IMG/VR virus record: IMGVR_UViG_3300020048_000107
DNA length: 20,000 bases
From: an uncultured virus (IMG/VR IMGVR_UViG_3300020048_000107)
Taxonomy: Duplodnaviria; Heunggongvirae; Uroviricota; Caudoviricetes
Reading direction: 5' to 3' (one strand)
The notes below the pieces were generated by a model. The model did not search any database, was not told the origin of the DNA, and was given only the letters and a program-made list of their open reading frames with translations. Positions 12,401 to 20,000 of the stretch are shown here, one piece after another. Every line of letters starts with the position of its first letter. Position 1 is the first letter of the stretch. A program made the position numbers and the translations under genes.

Positions 12401-14351
12401 TTTAAGATTGAAACCTCATGACATAGAAGCTAGAAATTAGGATAGATAGTATTATGTTTCTAAATTAGAAACAGGATCTATCGTTTCATACAAAAGAAAG
12501 GCTTACAGAAAAGATGGAGGTCCTCTACAACATGGTGTAATAAAAAATTTTATGGTAATTGGAAGAGATATATAGTCTGGGAAACCAATTTTAGCTGATA
12601 TCTACATAAAAACAAAAAACAATTATACGTTTAGTTATGTTGAACCATTTATTGCTGACATTAATAGTATTGTCGGTGTAGGATTTTTAAAAGAAACAAT
12701 TCAATCTACACACTTAGAAGTTGATGGTACGGAATCTATAATCACTATAAATCCTAATGATAAATTTATACAAGATCAAAAAGATTTATTAAAATAGTAT
12801 ATAGTTTCTCAACAAGTAAATAAATTTCCAACTGAAAAAGAAGCCGAAGCTAAAAAAACCGAAGTGTTAAAGACGTAGGAAAAGTACGGATGGAAGTTTC
12901 CACCGGATTTATACATTGTAAGAACTGGTGAAGTTGAGATAACATACAAAACTCGTAAAGGTGAACGTACTTATAGAAAAGAAGTTCAATTACATGACGA
13001 TGGTAAAAGACCTGTTGATGCTAAATATAAGAATTATGATATAATAGAAGGTTCTGTTAAAATAGGATTGTTTCAAAAGTGGGATGATGGATCAATGAGA
13101 CCTTATTCAGACAGGAGTTATCATTTAAACTTTTCCTTCAAAGGTAAAGATAATAAGTGGTTACAACCTAAAGGTTTAAAAATAATTGATAAGATAGTTA
13201 GAGGTACGGTAGTAAATTACACTTATGATAAAGGTAATAAAACTTATTTTGGTAGTGGTATTGTACTTTACAAAGAAGCTTCTTATGTGATGTTGTTAAA
13301 GTTCAAACAGGATTCGGAGAATCCAAAAGACTTTGATGACATTAATCCAGACGAAATAGATATGGATGATATTAATATGTTTCCTTTATATTATGGGAGT
13401 GTTAATATTGGTGATGCTAAAAATCCAGAATACGCATTAGTATTACCGAATATCAGATCTTTAACGTTCACACAAGGTATCAATCGTACTCAATTTGATG
13501 CGTTAAAAGTAGATAGTGATATGTCAAAACAAGGTAAAACTAATGATAGAATATACCGTTCTAATGTAAAGGATTCTACAATTATTAAAAGAGAGGATAA
13601 AACTATCATCAAATTTAGTAAACACAATCTTTCTAGAACAGAGAAGTTATAGAACATAGAAGACCTAAGACAATATTAGAATAAATTTAAAGCTTTATAT
13701 GGTATTGATTTTAAATTGTTAAGTAGAAAAGAGATATAGGAAACCTACGATAATAAACCGGAATACAACAATGGTATTGTATCTAACTATAGAGCTTTTA
13801 AAGTGAATGATGACCATATAGTTATTAATACAGATTTAGCTTCTTTAGCAGCGCCATTTCACGAAATGTCTCACTTTGTAATAGAGGCTTTATATAAAAC
13901 CAATAGAGAATTATATGACGAATTAATTTAGGCCACTAAACAACATCCGTTGTAGAAAACAATAGCTTTAGATTATCCAGAACTTAATGGTAGAGATTTA
14001 GATGAAGAAGTGTTTACTAGTGTGTTAGGTTATACATATTCTGAAAATGTTAAAGAAGGTAGAGTATCTAATTGGGAGAAAAAACACGAATCTTTATTAG
14101 GTAGATTTTTAGATTAGTTAAGACGATTGTTAAGACGATTAATAGGGAAAGATATCGACATTGATATCAACGATAAAGAATTAGTACAGAATAGACAGAA
14201 AGACATTTTAATTGCTTTCGGTGAAGATCTGGAATCTGGTAAATTTGTTGGAGACGTTAAAAACAAAGAACTAGCAACTGATATTAAAGCGTTAAAGCAT
14301 TTAAAAGAAAAATTAATTGTTGACGGAAATTTAAATATATACTGCTTATGA
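9429..14351 (+). CDS. Large (1640 aa) putative virion cargo / RNAP-associated protein with two zincin HExxH motifs and tandem SH3/KOW-like repeats
   Basis: ATG at 9429 overlaps the gene 1 TGA (ATGA). Frame +3 appears interrupted only by TAG, including tandem TAG-TAG at 12237-12242, until TGA 14349-14351. HELAH at 9954-9968 is followed by ELFA. HEMSH at 13860-13874 is followed by DEEVF (14001-14015). An alternative start at ATG 9543 is possible. Confidence 0.85.
9461..9488 (+). terminator. Intrinsic terminator/attenuator-like hairpin just after the RNAP gene, inside the 5' end of gene 2
   Basis: GTGGGGTAAT-caa-ATTACCCCAC is a perfect 10-bp GC-rich stem followed by TTTTT. Confidence 0.65.
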
Positions 14352-17300
14352 GCACATGTAAATATGAATTAAAATTTAACGATGAGGTATTCTCATTTTC
14401 TTCAGAGGAGGCTCTAGACGAGTTTCTTCTGAAGAATTTGGATAATATTTCATAGAAGATAAAAGGATAGAGAATATCCGCAAGTAAAGTTCTAATGTCA
14501 GAAGTGGAGGAAACTAAACTTAAGTTAGCTGAACTTGAAGCTGCAGCCCGTAAGACAGGTAAAATACATAACGATTATTATGCTCCATTCGATGAAGTAG
14601 TGGAAGTTATAGAAGCTGATTCTTCTTACTCCGCTATTACAAAATACATCAATGAAAAGCAAGCATTAGTAGGTAGTGAAGAGAAGAAAATCATCATGAC
14701 CTATGATGATGAAAAACATAACCAATGGATTATATAGGATTATATTCGTCAACAATAGGGTATATCTGGTAGAGTAAAAAAAGACAATCCAGATTATCTA
14801 AAAAAGAAAGAGGAAATTTTTAGTGATCCATTACAAAAGAAATAGATGGAAGATTATTTGATGGCGGCATTAGAAAGATTTTAGAAACAAAATATATTTG
14901 GTAGAATAATTCACAACGGTATAGAATTATCGATGAAAAAACTTATAGAGTTTGGACCAGATAAATTTTTAAATAGAGAATATTTTAATGTGGATGTCTT
15001 TACAGCATGGAACGAATCAAATATTCGTGGTGTAGAATTCACAGATCAAGAAAAAATACGTTTTAGTGATAGAATGTACAACTTAATGGTAGGAACTAAC
15101 GGAAAACCTGGTTTGTATCAACGTTTAAACTTATAGAATTAGAAATAGGTTTATTCTGAATTTCCAATTTCATACGTAAGTCCTGATGGTTCAACTAAAT
15201 TGATTGGTGTTATTGACCTTTTAGTAATTGATAAGGATGGTAAAGCTCATATTTATGACTTTAAAACCTCCACTAAATCTACCGATCACTGGTCATCTAC
15301 TAAACAATTTAGATCAAGATAGCAATTAGGTTATTACGCTTAGATAGTTCGTAATTAGGGTATTGAAATATAGGACATATAGATTCTTCCAATAGAAATT
15401 GATAGTAACACAAATTTTGATACTATACAAGAAATGACATTAGGGGATAAAATATCTATTTTAGCAGACTTACAAGGTGCGGATCCAAGGTATAGGAGAA
15501 TTATAAATTAGATTCAAGAAGATATTCCACAAAAAATATCTGAGAAAAATCTATCAGAAACAGGTACATTAGCCGATATAGATAGAGTTTTAAAGAAAAC
15601 ATTAAATGTAGATTATAGAGATAAAATCCCAAAAGTAAACTTAGAAGAAAAATTTGAAAATCTATGGACTGAGCAAATTGGTAAACCAGCGAAATATTTT
15701 TACAATAAAGTTACTAGCGAAAGAGAACTGTTACCGGTTGATAAAACAGATTAGAAAAATGCTTTTATAAAAAGTGAAGAAGAATATAGGACTAAAGCAA
15801 TGGCCGGCACATTAGTAGATAGATTTCAATCTTAGTTTTTAGCTTATAAAAGAGATCGTGCTGATAAACCTTTAGCCTACAGAAACGAAGTTCCATTTGT
15901 TTTATCTGGTAGTGAGACTAGAAAAGAAGATGAAATAAAGCAGGCTAATATCAACTTCAATAAAATTTTTGGAAAATACAAGGGTGAAGAATGGAAATTA
16001 TTAGAAAACGAAACTGCTAAACAATTGGGCTTCATGTTGTTCTAGAATCATGTTTCTAAAGTAGTTGACATTGTGTCTATTACGGAAGAAGATTTAACTG
16101 GAACACATTAGCTACCACATGGTAAAAGTCTCCTTGGTAATGTTTATAGCGATACTAACTTTAATGTTAATAATGATAGAAAAATATTAAACTCTACTAA
16201 AGGACATGTTGAACTTATGAAAGTTATGGCTTTTTTAAATTTCAATACCAACTTTTTTACAGCAAACCAATATGCTATTGGTAACATCAAAGCTGTAAAT
16301 AATTATGCTGGTGGTGAATTTATGGAGTATGAAACTTTAAAGTACAATTTCGCAAAGTTACTTGCTGCAAATGATTTAAATTAGGATTATAAATTAAACA
16401 AAAACAATCTTGATTCTGCTAATCCTGTACAAATGTTATTGTCTACTATATAGGCAGTTGAAACAAGTTCGAACTACTTAAGATTAGGCTTTTCTAAAGA
16501 ATCAAATTATCAAGATTTTAAACGAAGTGTTTCTGATTAGTACAATGTTCCTGATACTGTAGAGTTTAGACAAGAGAAAATAAAAAACGAAATATTAAGC
16601 GTTTTAAAAACAGAACTAAAACACAGACTAAAAGACAGAAGCGAAGATTCATTTAAGAATCCAACAGAAGCAGATTATTTCACAAGATTGATATTAGGTT
16701 AGATTAACTATTACACAGATAGTTATGTTCCACAATATGAAAAAGGAATATTCCATCATGTATTAGAGACTAACACAATAGGTAATTTACCCTCTGCTGT
16801 AATCAATTCTACAAGAAAAATCTTAGACACTTATATAGAAAACATTAAGATTAGGTTCTTAGATTATAAAGAAGACATTAACCCTATTACAGGTAAATTG
16901 TTTGATGAAGCTGGTTTTTCTAAATTGAGAAGATACACAATGGGTGACCATGTTAAAGCATATAAATAGTTATTTCAAGTAGATAAAGATGGTAATGTAG
17001 ACCCTAGGTTTTTATTCAAAAATCCATTTGATAAAAAGAATGATTTAACAGAAACACAAAGGACTTATTTAAAAACCATTTTAACTACTATGAATGATCT
17101 TCGAAGTACTGAATTGACTATAGAAGAACAGAATGCAAGGGGTGATTATAAGTTTTTACAAATACCTTTAATAAAATCACAATACATATCGTTTATTAAA
17201 ACCGGTGATTTTAAAACACAATGGAGTCAATGGGTTAAAAAAATACATAACCCGGAAGAGATGTTGTTTGGTAAAGAAGTTCCTTAGAATACTAAAGAAA

Positions 17301-19084
17301 AGAAAATGTTCTTGGAGTTAAAGAATGGATTTTCCAGACAAGATGGTGATTAGAGAATGGAAATGTTACAAGAGAACGATATTAAATCTTTTGAAACAGA
17401 CATAGAGGCAGTAGTAGATTTATTCGTATTAACACATTTAAGGAGTCAAGAATTCAATAAAGCTTTACCTTTAGTATAGGCAGTTAAGTTAACTGCAATT
17501 ATGGACAATATAGGTGTTTTAAACGATATACAGCCACTAACAGCTTATGTAGATGATCATTTAAAGATAGTTGTAAAAGGTGAAAATTTAGTTAAACCAG
17601 GTTTGGAGAAAGCCAGTGCTGCACTTGCAGTTGGTAGACATCTTACATCCATGGCTAACTTAATGATGAACCCTATATCAATATCACGAGAAATGACTCA
17701 AGCTTTTTATGGTGCTTAGTCTAGGGCCGCTGTTAAAATGTATGGAAAGAATTCTCATAGTTTAGCCGACCTAACAAAGTAGATGGCTATAGTTGTAGGA
17801 GAAAGTCGTAAAGATATCTATCAAGATATGAATATAGTAGAGTCTTTGAACATAGCTTTTGGTTTATCCAATATGAATTTAGGTTCTATTATAGACAGAT
17901 CTTCTTAGACAAAAACGGGTTTACCACATCTAATGTCCAATTACCTACAAGGTTTTAATAGAGCTCCAGAGTATATGGTTCGATTAAGTATTTTTATAGC
18001 AGAGTTGATTAAAGACGATGCTTGGAAAGCTTATAGTTTTGATGAAAAAACAGGTCTAAAATACAATTGGAAGTTAGACGGTAGATTTAGTACTTATGCT
18101 TCTTATATGAATAAAGAGGATAAATTACCAGCAATGATAAAAGAGAAATACTTTATACAAAAAGGACTATATCAAACATTATTGTAGGAATTTAATAAAG
18201 ACCAAGATTCTCTTGTAACTGAATTACCACATGCTTATACTACCAAACAAACAGAATCTATTAAAGCTTATGCCGATAGTATATTAGGTTATTATGATCC
18301 AAAGAGTAAAATTCATGCACAGTCTGGTTTTATAGGTATGAACTTTTTACACTTTAAAACTTGGATGATCGCTGTTAAAGACAAATGGTATTTAACAGGT
18401 CAAAAATCAGAAGTCATGGGAGCCTTTATACCTATGAAAGACGAAATGGGAAATCAGGTTTATTTAACTCCAACTGGAGAATTAACTTTAGAAAAAGAAG
18501 GAAATTCCCCGGCACAAATTTGGGATGGCAAATGGTGTGAAGGAATGTTACAATCAATAGGTAGATTATTTAGAGCCGCTTATGGTACTGACTTCTCTGA
18601 GTTTACTAAAAATATGAGTGGTGGATTTTAGAATATGCGAGAACTATATAACAACGATGAGAAAATACAATAGAATTTAAAATTGATGATCTCTGACTTA
18701 TTAGTAATGTTATTAATGTCTGTGATATTATCTATGTTATTCAAGAGTATTTGGAAAAACGATGTGAGTTTTGGTGATGCGATATTATCAGCTGTATTAA
18801 CTTCCCCATAGGATTTAAACCCGATTCGACCAGCTAGTAGTTTGTTGAAGCCTAATGGAGGTTGGATATTTCCACAGTTTAATTACTTCTATAATGTTTA
18901 GCATGGTTTCGGTAAAGTTTTATTTGGAGACAAAGAAACTGCAGAATGGGCCATGGAGACATTTGGTATGACACGTCCATTAAAATTCCTTTTAGAAGAT
19001 GATCAATCATTATACGTACCTTCATTTTCTGGTATGGGTGGTGGTAACTTCGGAGGAGGTGGAGCAGGAGCAGAATGGAAATAA
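14348..19084 (+). CDS. Large (1578 aa) putative virion cargo protein with an N-terminal PD-(D/E)XK (RecB-like) nuclease domain, a C-terminal hydrophobic helix and a Gly-rich tail
   Basis: ATG at 14348 overlaps the gene 2 TGA (ATGA). Frame +2 appears interrupted only by TAG until TAA 19082-19084. Nuclease motifs: GRIIH (~14900), SEFPI (15155), LIGVIDLLVIDKDGKAHIYDFKTS (15200-15271), QLGYY (15323). Hydrophobic segment LMISDLLVMLLMSVILSMLFKSIW (18683-18754). Confidence 0.87.
14398..14436 (+). promoter_or_regulatory. 17-bp RNA hairpin (3 G-U pairs) in the 5' coding region of gene 3
   Basis: TTCTTCAGAGGAGGCTC-tagac-GAGTTTCTTCTGAAGAA pairs fully as + strand RNA when G-U pairs are allowed. Function is unknown. 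Confidence 0.4.
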
Positions 19085-19089
19085 TAGAC

Positions 19090-19133
19090 AAAAAAATAGC
19101 CCTATACCAAAACGGTATAGGGCTTTTGCTTTT
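19090..19133. terminator. Bidirectional Rho-independent terminator between convergent genes
   Basis: AGCCCTATACC-aaaac-GGTATAGGGCT (19098-19124) is a perfect 11-bp stem. It is flanked by an A-run (19090-19096) and TTTGCTTTT, and lies between the stops at 19084 (+) and 19147 (-). Confidence 0.9.
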
Positions 19134-19146
19134 ATATATTCTTCTC

Positions 19147-19977
19147 TTATCTGAATATGCTCAGATATGCTGTTATAGGTACATTGTTGCCATCTACAGA
19201 GATTAGCTTACCATTTGACTCAACGAATTTTTTAACGCTTCCTGCGCCTCCTAAATGCTATCCAGCGGCCAATCCATTTTCAGTCATAACTATTCCTCCA
19301 ATAGTCTTACCAACATACTTTTTTAAACCGAGTTTCTCTAGATTAAATTCTTTTAACTTTATAGCTGCTACGTGTTGATTAGCAGAACTCTACATATAAT
19401 CATCAACTTTTATTTTGATAGTCTTCAATGTAGATGGTCCAAATTGATATAATCCACGATAACCGGCAGAATTAACCACCTTATAATTAGAACCACTTTC
19501 TAAATGTTGTAACAACTTTAAATATCTTTCGTCCTCTTCTGTAAAATTTAAATCTTCTATTTCCTTAGTAATGTTATTTGGTTTATATTTTTCAGCTCTT
19601 TTTAAAATATTTCTCTACATAGTTTTAGGATCCGGTTTATCTTTATAAAGACCTACTGATCCATCTTGAGCCTTAATATAATGGTCGGGTAAAGTACCCA
19701 TTAACATTTTATCAAAATAACCTAGACTTAAACTATTAATTTTTGGAGAAGATTCTTTCTTCTCTTCTATTTCAGGTTCTGTAGTTATATCTTCTTCTAA
19801 TGTTTCAAAACCCATATCAACCTCAGGATTAACCTACACTGTAGGAGATATAATTTCTTCTGGTGCTTCCTCATACATCTATGATTCATCTCTAGTTGGT
19901 GACTCGAGATTTCTATATTTAGAAGTAAAGACACTCATTTTTTCTTCTGGTGATAAGTTATAAGTCGTAGTATTCAT
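19147..19977 (-). CDS. Lysozyme-like / lytic transglycosylase-fold peptidoglycan hydrolase (276 aa) with an acidic N-terminal linker
   Basis: ATG 19977 to TAA 19149-19147, with five in-frame TAGs (19879, 19834, 19615, 19390, 19258). The C-terminal domain reads LQHLESGSNYKVVNSAGYRGLYQFGPSTL...KYVGKTIGGIVMTENGLAAGQHLGGAGSVKKF. This gives a catalytic E-S (E at 19498-19500), a GLYQF motif and an AAxHLG motif typical of the lysozyme-like superfamily. Confidence 0.85.
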
Positions 19978-19991
19978 ATTTTTATTTTTTA

Positions 19992-19999
19992 CAAATATA
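19992..19999 (-). promoter_or_regulatory. Bacteroidota sigma-A -7 promoter element (TAnnTTTG) upstream of the lysozyme-like gene
   Basis: The minus strand reads TATATTTG-taaaaaataaaaat-ATG. This matches the TAnnTTTG consensus, with an A-rich leader and no Shine-Dalgarno. The -33 element would lie outside the window. Confidence 0.6.
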
Positions 20000-20000
20000 A

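Noticed and set aside
14890..15400. Cas4 / CRISPR-associated nuclease
   Set aside because: It lacks the Fe-S cysteine cluster of Cas4, and there is no repeat-spacer array or other cas gene in the window.
1..19084. Many short + strand ORFs read as separate small genes or as decayed pseudogenes
   Set aside because: They stay in one frame per gene, break only at TAG, show no frameshifts and retain intact catalytic motifs. This fits recoding, not decay.
19085..19146. Suppressor tRNA or other ncRNA in the intergenic space
   Set aside because: This gap is only 62 nt and is occupied by the terminator. No cloverleaf is visible.
18879..19378. ORFs 18879-19091 (-) and 19157-19378 (+)
   Set aside because: They are antisense to the gene 3 tail and to the lysozyme-like gene, which have far stronger motif support.

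Overview
AT-rich window from a Crassvirales (crAss-like) phage genome that uses a reassigned genetic code (TAG read as sense, most likely Gln, code 15). The short ORFs in the supplied track are pieces of four long genes split at in-frame TAGs. Three giant + strand genes are coupled by ATGA overlaps. Gene 1 (<1..9432, >3143 aa) is a two-barrel virion RNA polymerase with the GGDYDIDK catalytic loop. Gene 2 (9429..14351, 1640 aa) has two HExxH zincin motifs flanking about five SH3/KOW-like repeats. Gene 3 (14348..19084, 1578 aa) has an N-terminal PD-(D/E)XK nuclease, a C-terminal hydrophobic helix and a Gly-rich tail. After a bidirectional terminator comes a convergent lysozyme/transglycosylase-like gene (19147..19977, -) with a Bacteroidota-type TAnnTTTG promoter element. 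Less expected signals are paired terminal cysteines at both gene junctions, strong hairpins just inside genes 2 and 3, and TAG clustering in the nuclease core. All calls come from manual translation and motif recognition; no searches were run.
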